Shown: positions 39,271 to 47,962 of the stretch, piece by piece
How the letters are laid out: each line of letters opens with the position of its first letter
How positions within the stretch are numbered: the first letter of the stretch is position 1
Assembly (NCBI GenBank): GCA_963752255.1
Contig: CAVVXT010000009.1
Coordinates: forward strand, 1-50,473
Length of the DNA stretch: 50,473 nucleotides
Source of the DNA: Nitrososphaeria archaeon
GTDB taxonomy: Archaea; Thermoproteota; Nitrososphaeria; JACIWG01
Direction: 5' to 3'
Position numbers and translations under genes: made by a program
The notes under the pieces: model-generated
The model's database searches: none
Told to the model about the DNA's origin: nothing
The model's input: the letters and a program-made list of their open reading frames with translations, nothing else

Positions 39271-40792
39271 TCACATCCAATTAAACAGGGACCTTAGCGC
39301 GGCATCGATGAACGACATAAAATAGTCCAGCCTCACCGTTATAATAATAAGTAGAGCGGCCAAAATTAGGATGGGCAGCCACATCACATAAGACACTTCT
39401 TTCGCGTTCTGACTCTTTTCTGTTAATGGTTTAAAGACGATTCTCTGGAAGACCCAGATATAGTACGCCGCATCAAAAATTGAATTGAACACCAAAAACA
39501 CCAGCGTCACATCGAGTAAGGGATCGGATAACTTCGATGCAGCGGCGGATATGAAGAATAGCTTGCTCCAGAAACCGCTTAAAGGAGGTATACCAGCCAG
39601 ACCCAGGAGACCTATTGAAGCAGCCAGACCTGTTATCGGCATCCTTCTTCCTATGCCTTCTATCTTATCTAGGAGGTAGCTTTTAGTTGACTGACTAAAG
39701 TTACCTACTGCCATAAAGAGGAGACCCTTACCAAATACATGGTTGAGCATGTGCAAGAATACACCGACCATAGCTATCTCAAATATGTAAACCCCTTGCG
39801 TTCCAAATTGGAAGAGAGCATACGAACCTATGCCAACTCCTGTAAAAATATAACCCATATTTGAAACACTTGAGAAGGCGAGAAGCCTTCTTACGTCCCT
39901 CTGCATTATGGCCATAAAAGTTTCCTAGAGTAAGTGACAGAATTCCGAAGAATATGAAAAAAAGTCCGTAGTCGAAACTGAATGGGCTGAAAACCACCAT
40001 CAGGCTTCTTATTATACTGAAGGCTGAAATTATCAGAGCAACAGTCGATAATGAGGCTACACAGTTTGGAGCTCCAACATAGGCGTCAGGTATCCAAGTG
40101 TGGAAAGGCACAATAGCCGAGCTGACGCCAAATCCTACAAATATGGTGGCTATTATGATATACAAAGATATGTTTGAGCCTAAGCTGGTGATTGATATCA
40201 CAGAAGAGAGGGTTGAAAAGTTAAGCGTACCTGCCACTCCATAAAGCAATGAAATGCCATAGAGGGCAATGAGAGACCCGACTGTGCTCATCAAAAGGTA
40301 CTTTATTCCACCTTCCACCGCCTGCCACCTATACTTGCGGAAAGAGACAAGGGAATAGGAGGAGATCGAGAGCAGCTCCCAGAAAACGTAAAGGGTGAAG
40401 AAGTCGCCGGAGAAGACGACACCCACTATTCCAGCCGCAAAGGTCAACAAAAGGGTATAGTAACTATCTAGGCCGTTGTCGACCTCCATGTACTTGATCG
40501 AATAGAACGACACCAGACTTAACATCACTAGAGCAATTATCGCAATGTACACGCTCAACGTGCTCACGTAGAGTTCGACACCGTATGGTCCCCCGAATAC
40601 CTCCACCTGATAGGACAGCGGAACACTTGACAGAAGACTTGAAATCATGTATAGGGAAAGCAGTAAAGCAGCAAAAGAGAAGATATCCCTCAACTTTTGG
40701 AACTTCATGTATGTTCCTAACCTTGAAACCAAAGGAGTAGCCAAGGCAGAAGCGAATAACACTATAAGCGGTGTTAGGACAGGGCTTACCAT
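39271..40792 (-). CDS. nuoN: Third antiporter-like subunit (NuoN/MrpD-like); frameshift at the homopolymer 39916-39919
   Basis: Removing one base joins ORFs 39779..40792 and 39271..39915 (LTLGNFMAIMQRDVRRLLAFSS). Motifs FWEL, PFHTWIPDAY, NHVFGKGLLF and GIPPLSGFWSK. Confidence 0.8.
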
Positions 40793-41088
40793 TTCAAACG
40801 CCTCACGATATCCCAGTCCACATTCCCATAGTGACGGTAGACGTTGATTATAAGAGCTAAAGCGACCGCTGCCACAGAAGCTCCGATAGCTATAGAAATG
40901 ATCGCGAAAGACTGGCCTAGGGCGTCGACGCCCCCTTCTGTCGCACCCATTACGACAAAGTTAAGGTTAACCGATGAAGCAAAGATTTCCAGCCCGATTA
41001 GCGTCTTTATGATATTCTTCTTTGTTACCATACAGTACACCGCAAGCCCCAAGAGAAAGAATACGAACACAACTAAGATCGTGAACAT
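40786..41088 (-). CDS. nuoK: NuoK/MnhC-like subunit
   Basis: KKNIIKTLIGLEI...NLNFV...GQSFAI, three TMs. Confidence 0.88.
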   Translation of the reverse strand: MFTILVVFVFFLLGLAVYCMVTKKNIIKTLIGLEIFASSVNLNFVVMGATEGGVDALGQSFAIISIAIGASVAAVALALIINVYRHYGNVDWDIVRRLKW

Positions 41089-41361
41089 TTAGGCTTCCTT
41101 CTCCTCTTCCTCCATAAAGCCGATCTTCTCCTCCCTAAGCAAGGCGGATATCGCGGCAACCGTGGCAAAGATGATGAAACCCTGGGCTATGACGTCGATA
41201 AATCTGTATGTCCAGATGAAGTAGGGTGCTTTCACAAAATCCCAGACTATGGGGGTGCCGACTGTCCTGATCTGAATCAGCCCGAAGAACAGCGCAGCGA
41301 ACACAAAGGCCATCATCAAAATCGTTAGGAGTTTGTATATCGCCCTGCCTTCATACATCAT
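41089..41361 (-). CDS. NuoJ C-terminal-half-like membrane subunit
   Basis: Two TMs with 'IWTYRFIDVIAQGFIIF..V.A..ALLR', located between the J-N-half and K genes. Confidence 0.65.
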   Translation of the reverse strand: MMYEGRAIYKLLTILMMAFVFAALFFGLIQIRTVGTPIVWDFVKAPYFIWTYRFIDVIAQGFIIFATVAAISALLREEKIGFMEEEEKEA

Positions 41362-41603
41362 TTCTTTATCTTACCTCCTATAGTATGCAGGGTCGCGAGG
41401 AACAGCACTGAGACGCCTCCCGCGTACACCATAAGCTGGAAGACCGCTACGTAGGGAGCCCCAAGCATGAATATTATTACGCCTACGACGACACTGAATA
41501 GGAGGAAGTAAAGTATTGAACGCACAATATCCTTCGATTCGATAGCTAATACGGCGGTAAACAGGGCGAGAATCCCGAATAAAACCTGAAAGATTACCTC
41601 CAA
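41358..41603 (-). CDS. nuoJ: NuoJ N-terminal-half-like membrane subunit
   Basis: 'KDIVRSIL...LGAPYVAVFQLMVYAGGVSVLFL'. Confidence 0.88.
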   Translation of the reverse strand: MEVIFQVLFGILALFTAVLAIESKDIVRSILYFLLFSVVVGVIIFMLGAPYVAVFQLMVYAGGVSVLFLATLHTIGGKIKK

Positions 41604-41604
41604 A

Positions 41605-41940
41605 CTATTTCACCACCATATCCTTCCTATCTAAGGCGATCACCTCATATTGATCTGTGAGATGGATCGCCTTCGTAGGGCAAATGTCTTCACATTGAGC
41701 GCAATAGGTGCATCTTGAAATATCAAAAACAGGTCTCTTACCCTTTTGATCCGTCACCATTTCAATTACAAGCGAGGGACAAACCTGATAGCAGAGCGTG
41801 CACCCAATACATTTTTCGCGGTAGAATTCAAGTTTTCCTCTGTAACCTGCCGGGAGATGAACCTTATCTTTTTCTTCAGGATACAGGACCGTAGCCCTCT
41901 TCTTGAACAGGTTTCTCAATATTTCACCAAGCATGGACAT
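41605..41940 (-). CDS. nuoI: NuoI/EchF-like 2x[4Fe-4S] subunit
   Basis: The real start is the ATG at 41940, overlapping the H-subunit stop. Motifs ATVLYP...YRG, CIGCTLCYQVCP and CTYCAQCEDICP. Confidence 0.92.
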   Translation of the reverse strand: MSMLGEILRNLFKKRATVLYPEEKDKVHLPAGYRGKLEFYREKCIGCTLCYQVCPSLVIEMVTDQKGKRPVFDISRCTYCAQCEDICPTKAIHLTDQYEVIALDRKDMVVK

Positions 41941-42914
41941 TAAAGCAACAACCTCACAACAATAAATTGCAGTAATGCCAGCGGTAAGAGGTACTTCCAG
42001 GAGAAGCCGACGACCTGATCTATTCTCAGACGGCCAAATAGAGCCCTGACAACTGTTAAAATAGCTAAAATGAATAGTGATTTGATTACAAAGTACACCG
42101 TATAAAATACGGCAGAATATCCTTCGATCACTGGGCCTAAGGGTCCTCCGAGGAAGAGGGTTGCCCCAAGCCCGCACAGGAAAACTAGCTCAATGTCCCT
42201 AGCGAGCCTAAACATAGCTAACCTTCTTCCAGTATAGTCTACGTTCCATCCCGCAATGATTTCCTGCTCAGCCTCAGGAAGGTCGAAGGGAATGCGTTCT
42301 AGCTCAGCCTGAGCTGCGACGATGAAAACAACGAACCCGAGTACTTGAGGGCCAAATATATGCCATAAATTTTCTTGCGAAGACACAATACTTGAGAGGG
42401 ACAGGACCTTAGCGTCCAAAGCGACACCTGCAACAGAAAGCATCAGAGGAATTTCATATCCGATTAGCTGAAGAAATGAACGCTCAGCGCCGATTATTGC
42501 AAAACGATTGTACGAGCAAATTCCTGCATAAAAGACGGTTATACATATGAAAGTTAGGATCGTAATGGAAATGATCGCGTCACCGTTGAATGAGACAATT
42601 CCACTGCCTGATGAGATTGGCAGAAGTAGAGTCGCAAAGATAGCTAACGTTAGGGAGAAAAGAGGGGTCATCGTAAACAGGAATCTGTCAACTTTTTGGG
42701 GAACGATATCTTCTTTGGAGAGCAGCTTCACAAAGTCCGCAAAAGGCTGGAGAATGCCCGAGTAACCTGTGTAAAGAGGGCCCACCCTGTTCTGCAAACG
42801 CGCATAGAACTTTCTATCAAACCATTCGTAGAAAAGTGCCAAAAAGAACACGAGAAGGAATCCTGGAAAGATGACGGCTCTAAGCGTTTCGATAATGTAC
42901 CCTTCCAAGCTCAT
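41940..42914 (-). CDS. nuoH: NuoH/EchB-like membrane anchor subunit
   Basis: DRKFYARLQNRVGP, QPFADFVKLLSKE, GYEIP, ERIPFDLPEAEQE and RLRIDQ. Confidence 0.93.
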   Translation of the reverse strand: MSLEGYIIETLRAVIFPGFLLVFFLALFYEWFDRKFYARLQNRVGPLYTGYSGILQPFADFVKLLSKEDIVPQKVDRFLFTMTPLFSLTLAIFATLLLPISSGSGIVSFNGDAIISITILTFICITVFYAGICSYNRFAIIGAERSFLQLIGYEIPLMLSVAGVALDAKVLSLSSIVSSQENLWHIFGPQVLGFVVFIVAAQAELERIPFDLPEAEQEIIAGWNVDYTGRRLAMFRLARDIELVFLCGLGATLFLGGPLGPVIEGYSAVFYTVYFVIKSLFILAILTVVRALFGRLRIDQVVGFSWKYLLPLALLQFIVVRLLL

Positions 42915-44101
42915 TTAATTAATCTACCTTTCCTAGACATTTCTCTGATTTCATCCAGAGACCAGATCCAGCTCCTTCCCTTGGTTACGTCAACAAAATT
43001 AACCCTTGCCGTGCAACATATGCAGGGATCGAGCGCTCCATATATTATCGGAATGTCACCGATGTTCACGACATATCTTCCCTTAGAGGTGAGCATCACC
43101 CTTAATGCTCCCAAGTTAGCTAATGTGGGGGTCCTGACCTTGTACCTGTACGGTTTAGGGGTGCCATCTGACAGGGTGTAGTGCAGCAGCTCGCCCCTTG
43201 GTGCCTCGACTCGTGTTAGAGCTTCACCGGCATTTGGTTTCATAGGTAGCTTAATTCTGAACGGACCCTCAGGTAGATGCTGCACAGTGTAGCGTATCAT
43301 GTTAACGCATTCTAGGAGCTCTTTGGCTCTGACAACAACCCTCCCAAAGACGTCACACGAGTCGCTGGTTATCACGTTGAACGGTACTTCGTCATGAGCT
43401 ACATATGGGTCGCTTGCTCGAACGTCGAACTTCACACCTGAGGCGCGAACTATTGGACCAACCGAACAGGTCGACTTCGCATCAGCGGTGGAAAGGTAAC
43501 CCACCCCCTGCGTTCTCTTCGCGATTACACGATCGGTTAGAGCCACCCTGATGTAGTACTTTGTACGTTCTTCTATGATATCCATCACCTTTAGAAGACC
43601 GCTGGCTAGTTCGGGTGAAATATCCCTTCTGACTCCGCCTATTTGACTGTACTCAGTCGTGATTCTGTTGCCGGTTATGGATTCTATCATGTCCATAACA
43701 TGTTCCCGATCTCTCCAAGTGTACATGAACATCGTGTTGAACCCTATCTCGTAGGCTGCGATGCCGAGCCAAAGAAGGTGGCGATGTATTCTGCTCAATT
43801 CTTCGACGATGAGTCTAAGGTACTGGGCTCTCTTCGGTATTTCTTTGTCGTACAGCTTTTCCACGTTAAGCGTATAGCAGATGTCGTGAGCCGCGTTGCA
43901 GATTCCACAGATCCTTTCAACCAATGGCAGCCCTTGGAAGTAGCTTCTTGTTTCAAGAAGTTTCTCTATTCCCCTATGCATGTAGGAAACATCAAAGTTA
44001 ACACCGACGACAACCTCCCCTTCAACCTCCAACTTCAAAAGAAGAGGCTCAGGGAGAGCGGGATGCTGGGGACCGATCGGAATATCGAAGGTCGACATCA
44101 T
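42911..44101 (-). CDS. Group 4 [NiFe]-hydrogenase large subunit (NuoD homolog)
   Basis: GPQHPAL.EP, HRGIEK, L1 motif ERICGIC, EAPRGE, RTPT and L2 motif DPCICCTAR, followed by a ~30-aa extension. Confidence 0.93.
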   Translation of the reverse strand: MMSTFDIPIGPQHPALPEPLLLKLEVEGEVVVGVNFDVSYMHRGIEKLLETRSYFQGLPLVERICGICNAAHDICYTLNVEKLYDKEIPKRAQYLRLIVEELSRIHRHLLWLGIAAYEIGFNTMFMYTWRDREHVMDMIESITGNRITTEYSQIGGVRRDISPELASGLLKVMDIIEERTKYYIRVALTDRVIAKRTQGVGYLSTADAKSTCSVGPIVRASGVKFDVRASDPYVAHDEVPFNVITSDSCDVFGRVVVRAKELLECVNMIRYTVQHLPEGPFRIKLPMKPNAGEALTRVEAPRGELLHYTLSDGTPKPYRYKVRTPTLANLGALRVMLTSKGRYVVNIGDIPIIYGALDPCICCTARVNFVDVTKGRSWIWSLDEIREMSRKGRLIK

Positions 44102-44565
44102 TCCACACCCTCACGTAGAGGAGCGTTATGTTTGGTTACATAACTCTTTCTCAGAGGATGAACGTTTTCAGGCCATTCACTAGATAGGACGAAACGAACA
44201 GGGTTGGGGTGTCCTTCAAAGGTCACGCCTAGAAGGTCGTGAATTTCGCGCTCATAGAATTCGGCGCCGACTGTCACGTCGCATATAGACGGTAACTTGG
44301 GTTCATCCTTGCTAACCGTCGTCCGAATCGATATTGAAGTGTCTAAACCCATATGGGCCATGATCTCTATACCATCCTTAAGCTCGGTGCCAGTCATCGC
44401 CTCAAGGTGGTATATCCCCTTGCTGTTGACAAGAAACTTCACAACATCCTTGTACACGTCATTAGAAACCTGAATGAAGACCCTTCTCTTCTGAACTTTA
44501 TGATCAAGTAACTTTTCACCGAAGACATTTTTAAGCTCGTTAAAGACCTCTTCCTCTGAGCTCAT
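44098..44565 (-). CDS. nuoC: NuoC/EchD-like subunit
   Basis: PSI......AEFYEREIHDLLGVTFEGHP...W....HPLRK. Confidence 0.92.
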   Translation of the reverse strand: MSSEEEVFNELKNVFGEKLLDHKVQKRRVFIQVSNDVYKDVVKFLVNSKGIYHLEAMTGTELKDGIEIMAHMGLDTSISIRTTVSKDEPKLPSICDVTVGAEFYEREIHDLLGVTFEGHPNPVRFVLSSEWPENVHPLRKSYVTKHNAPLREGVE

Positions 44566-44987
44566 TTACCTTCACCTATCTTATTCAGCAAAAACACTAG
44601 TCCATTTAGAATGTTTTCCGGCTTAACGGGGCATCCTGAAATATATGCAGAAACCGGTATAATGGAGTCCACTCCGGGGTAGACGTTGTAGCCGTTGCGA
44701 TAGACGCCGCTGCTTGTCGCACACGTTCCCACTGCGACGACATACTTGGGCTCGGGCATCTGCTCGTATACACGAATAAGACGATCGCGCACCTGCAGGG
44801 TGCATGGACCTGTGACAAGAAGTATGTCAGAATGCCTCGCACTGCCCTTTAAAACGGCACCAAAGCGTTCGACATCGTAGCGAGGCGTTAGACACGCGAG
44901 TATTTCGATATCGCAAGCATTACAGGACCCCGTACAAAAGTGTGTTACCCAAGGGCTTTTCTTTCTACACCAGCTCACCAGGCCCAT
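44562..44987 (-). CDS. Group 4 [NiFe]-hydrogenase small subunit (NuoB homolog)
   Basis: GSCNACDIE (hydrogenase-type CxxC rather than the complex I tandem CC), YDVERFG, VGTCA and GCP. Confidence 0.93.
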   Translation of the reverse strand: MGLVSWCRKKSPWVTHFCTGSCNACDIEILACLTPRYDVERFGAVLKGSARHSDILLVTGPCTLQVRDRLIRVYEQMPEPKYVVAVGTCATSSGVYRNGYNVYPGVDSIIPVSAYISGCPVKPENILNGLVFLLNKIGEGK

Positions 44988-44989
44988 GA

Positions 44990-45325
44990 CTATACTCTCC
45001 TCGCAAAAACATAGAACGCGAATGAGACGACACCGACATATATTATTACGCCGACCTTGCTTATAAGATCAAGGGTTCCTTCAAATGGGCCTAAAGAGAA
45101 GAGAAGCAGTAGCGATATAACCTCGAAAATTATGAAGAGCAGAGCGTAATCGAATATCCTGATGCTGACTGGTACAAGTTCGTGTTCAACTCTTTCACCT
45201 CCTGCGTAGGGAAGCATCTTATTCTCGGACGGTTCCGTTTTGGGTGAAATTTTGGAGCCTATCCAGAAAATGATGGCGGCCACTAAAAGGGTGACCACGA
45301 AGATATAGCCGATGAATAAACTCAA
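44990..45325 (-). CDS. nuoA: NuoA-like membrane subunit
   Basis: Three TMs, 'K.LPYAGGE' loop and 'YALLFIIFEV'. First gene of the operon. Confidence 0.85.
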   Translation of the reverse strand: MSLFIGYIFVVTLLVAAIIFWIGSKISPKTEPSENKMLPYAGGERVEHELVPVSIRIFDYALLFIIFEVISLLLLFSLGPFEGTLDLISKVGVIIYVGVVSFAFYVFARRV

Positions 45326-45360
45326 TTTTCAGGCTCCCGAATAGGAAGGCTTGAAAAGTG

Positions 45361-45369
45361 TATATAAAA
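45361..45369 (-). promoter_or_regulatory. Putative TATA box of the hydrogenase operon
   Basis: Minus-strand TTTTATATA about 36 nt upstream of the nuoA-like start. Confidence 0.5.
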
Positions 45370-45404
45370 TTTGTTATATTATTGTATAAAAAGTGAAGGA
45401 GCTA

Positions 45405-46850
45405 TCATTCATAGTAGTCTCCTACCTGCTTTGTCTCTTGGATCTTGGGACTTTTACGCCATAATAGCGAGGGGACGATTGCTGTTGTGTTGACCACGCC
45501 CATCCAAAGGTACGTCTGGCTAAGGGCGTTGGCGAAGAGTACCCTGTCAGCTGTTGGTAGGGAAGCGCTAATTGACGTAATTATGGACGATATCAAGGAG
45601 TAGGGAATTGTTGCGGCCATGATGACTATTGCGAGGTTTAAGCTGATCACGGAACCTATGTTGAAGAATAGGGCTCTAACCGCAGAAGCAACTCCTCTCT
45701 GCCTTGCCGGAACCGAACCCATTACAGCGCTCATGTTAGGTGAAGAAAACATCCCTGTGCCAGCGCCGAGGATCGACATGTAGACCACTAGGCTACTGTA
45801 GGGCGTGTTAACACCAGTCGTGGAGAGGAGAAAGAGTGATAGACTTGATACAGCTAATCCTGATATAACGAAAGGTCTCTGCCCGATCCTGTCAGAATAT
45901 CTTCCACTTATAGGTCCGAAGATCAGAAACGCTACTTCAAAAGGTATGAGTCTGATGCCAGCATCGAATGCACTGAGGCCTTGGACGAGTTTTAGGTACA
46001 GGCTCAGCAGTAACATCACCCCTCCCCAGGCAACAGCATTTAACAGTTGTGAGACACAGCCGCTCGTGAACTCTTTTATCTTGAAAAGCTCAAAATCTAA
46101 TACGGGATATCTAACCCTTCTTTCGTAAAAGACAAAGACGGTGAAGAATACGGCAGCCGTCAGAGTCAAGCCGATTACGGTAAAAAGCTCAGCGAAGCCG
46201 TATGCTTCGAAGGTTAACGCCAACAACAAGCTAAGAAGTGAAAAGGTGAAAAGGATGAAACCTACTAAGTCAAATGGAGAGCCCTTCTCCGTCTGTCCGA
46301 TCTCCTTTAACCTCTTATGAGCCCAGTAGGTTCCAAAGATTCCGACAGGTATGTTGATGTAGAAGAGAGCCCTCCAGTCTATGATAGACAAAATGGCGCC
46401 GCTGAGCGTCAGCCCAGCCATAGCCCCGAACCTGAACGCGACCTGGTTTATGCCCAGAGATAGGCCAAGCTCTTTTCTTGACGTGGCGTCAGCAATCAGA
46501 GCCACGCTGTTCGTGAAAAGGAACGCAGAGCCTAACCCCTGTACGCTTCTGAAAATTATCACTTGAAGAGGAGAAGTCGATATGCTGGTAAGCGCAGAAC
46601 CTATTGTGAAGATTATAAATCCTATATTGTAGATTTTAACCCGCCCAACTATATCGGTCAGGCGTCCGATCAGTAGAAGCACGATGGTACTAGCGAGGAC
46701 GTAAGATTGAGTGAACCATATCGCCTGTTCTGCGTCGGCGCCTAAAGCCGCGGCCACTGTTGGAAGACCGACTATAAGAATCCTAGAGTCGATTCCTGCC
46801 ATCAGAACACCTACTGTTGTGACCGTAAGAACCGTCCACCTGTACTGCAT
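45405..46850 (-). CDS. MFS drug:H+ antiporter-2 (DHA2, EmrB/QacA-like, 14 TM)
   Basis: D..I..V.LP.VA..L, W....Y.LA, GRLTDIVGRVK, RSVQGLG, WRALFYINIPVG and GRYSDRIG. Confidence 0.92.
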   Translation of the reverse strand: MQYRWTVLTVTTVGVLMAGIDSRILIVGLPTVAAALGADAEQAIWFTQSYVLASTIVLLLIGRLTDIVGRVKIYNIGFIIFTIGSALTSISTSPLQVIIFRSVQGLGSAFLFTNSVALIADATSRKELGLSLGINQVAFRFGAMAGLTLSGAILSIIDWRALFYINIPVGIFGTYWAHKRLKEIGQTEKGSPFDLVGFILFTFSLLSLLLALTFEAYGFAELFTVIGLTLTAAVFFTVFVFYERRVRYPVLDFELFKIKEFTSGCVSQLLNAVAWGGVMLLLSLYLKLVQGLSAFDAGIRLIPFEVAFLIFGPISGRYSDRIGQRPFVISGLAVSSLSLFLLSTTGVNTPYSSLVVYMSILGAGTGMFSSPNMSAVMGSVPARQRGVASAVRALFFNIGSVISLNLAIVIMAATIPYSLISSIITSISASLPTADRVLFANALSQTYLWMGVVNTTAIVPSLLWRKSPKIQETKQVGDYYE

Positions 46851-47008
46851 AAATTATTACTATGAGGTGCCCCATAAGTTAGCTATTTAAGCCTTATGAC
46901 TTCTCAAAATGTAAAAGTTTCATCACCGGATCATATTTGCTGTTTCATCAAATATTACTTTGATCATAAATTTTTAACGTTAAATAAAATAATCTTGGAT
47001 GCTGCTCT

Positions 47009-47746
47009 CTAATCGCAATTCATATGTTTCAAATAATCCCTTTTTCCTCTTCCATCTCCGACGACCCTATGAAACAATATATTGCCGTAGGTTCTATAAT
47101 ATTCAAGCGCATCCCTGACAATATGATAGTCCATCAGGTGCCAGCATCCCTCATAGACTATTACAGCTTTATATCCAACCTTTTCTACATGATACTTGAT
47201 GTGCCTGTCTTCAAGTACATGAAGATAGCTTGGAATTTCAATTCCCTCTAAAGCTTTCCGCCTAAGTAGGGTATCGTGCGTTCCTCCCCTTCTATAAAAA
47301 GCGTTGATTGCATACTTTCTTGGGTTAAGCCCCTGGTACCTAAGGTAATTTCCAAAATTTGTTCCTTCTACGTCGTCCAAGCCCCAGATTAGACCAACTT
47401 TCGAGTCAGCCATATGTTTCTCAACTTCTTTAAAAAAATTTGGTTTCAGAATACAGTCGTCGTCTAGGAACATCAACCATTCTTCCTTCAGACAGCTCAA
47501 AAAATAGTCTATTATAGCCTGTCGAGCTTCAGCGCGATTCTTGCCAACTCCATCTATTTTAAAAAGAGCCTTATTTTTTTCCTTGCAGAAATTCAAAGTC
47601 ACTTCAATAGTTCTGTCCACACCACTGTCAACCAATAACATTTTCTCATAAGGGACCTGTATGGAACCCTTTAAAGCCTGAATATATACCTCCCTCAATT
47701 TCATAAACGAATTTTTCGTTATTAAACCGAGAACTATGTCGGCCAA
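47009..47746 (-). CDS. Glycosyltransferase family 2 (GT-A)
   Basis: TKNS, LLVDSG.DRT, RAEARQ, DxD motif FLDDD and the late ED motif (VLED). Confidence 0.85.
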   Translation of the reverse strand: MADIVLGLITKNSFMKLREVYIQALKGSIQVPYEKMLLVDSGVDRTIEVTLNFCKEKNKALFKIDGVGKNRAEARQAIIDYFLSCLKEEWLMFLDDDCILKPNFFKEVEKHMADSKVGLIWGLDDVEGTNFGNYLRYQGLNPRKYAINAFYRRGGTHDTLLRRKALEGIEIPSYLHVLEDRHIKYHVEKVGYKAVIVYEGCWHLMDYHIVRDALEYYRTYGNILFHRVVGDGRGKRDYLKHMNCD

Positions 47747-47962
47747 ACACTACAGCCTCTTAGAGAACTGCGTGAGGAAAAAACTTCTTTCCTCAATTTT
47801 TGATGAAGACTCGGTTTGATGAACAAGATACATTATATATCAAGCTATACTATAATAATATTTCTTTAAATAAACAGAATATATAAGAAAACAGAGAGCT
47901 CGCAAACGTGTAGCAGATATCTAAGAATGGCCATTTAGATGTAAAATTTAACCATCAGAATT

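Noticed and set aside
41941-42177. N-terminal extension of the NuoI-like ORF
   Set aside because: It is an alternative frame within the H subunit. The ATG at 41940 is coupled to the upstream stop and begins the NuoI-like sequence.
42696-44143. Antisense ORFs 42696..43181 and 43643..44143, and similar shadows such as 8180..8572 and 31389..31793
   Set aside because: They lie opposite well-supported genes and have no motifs, so they are most likely shadow ORFs.
35746-45325. Annotation as NADH:quinone oxidoreductase, Fpo or Mbs/Mbx sulfane reductase
   Set aside because: All four Ni-ligating Cys are present in the D subunit, the small subunit has CxxC, and there is no NADH or F420 module.
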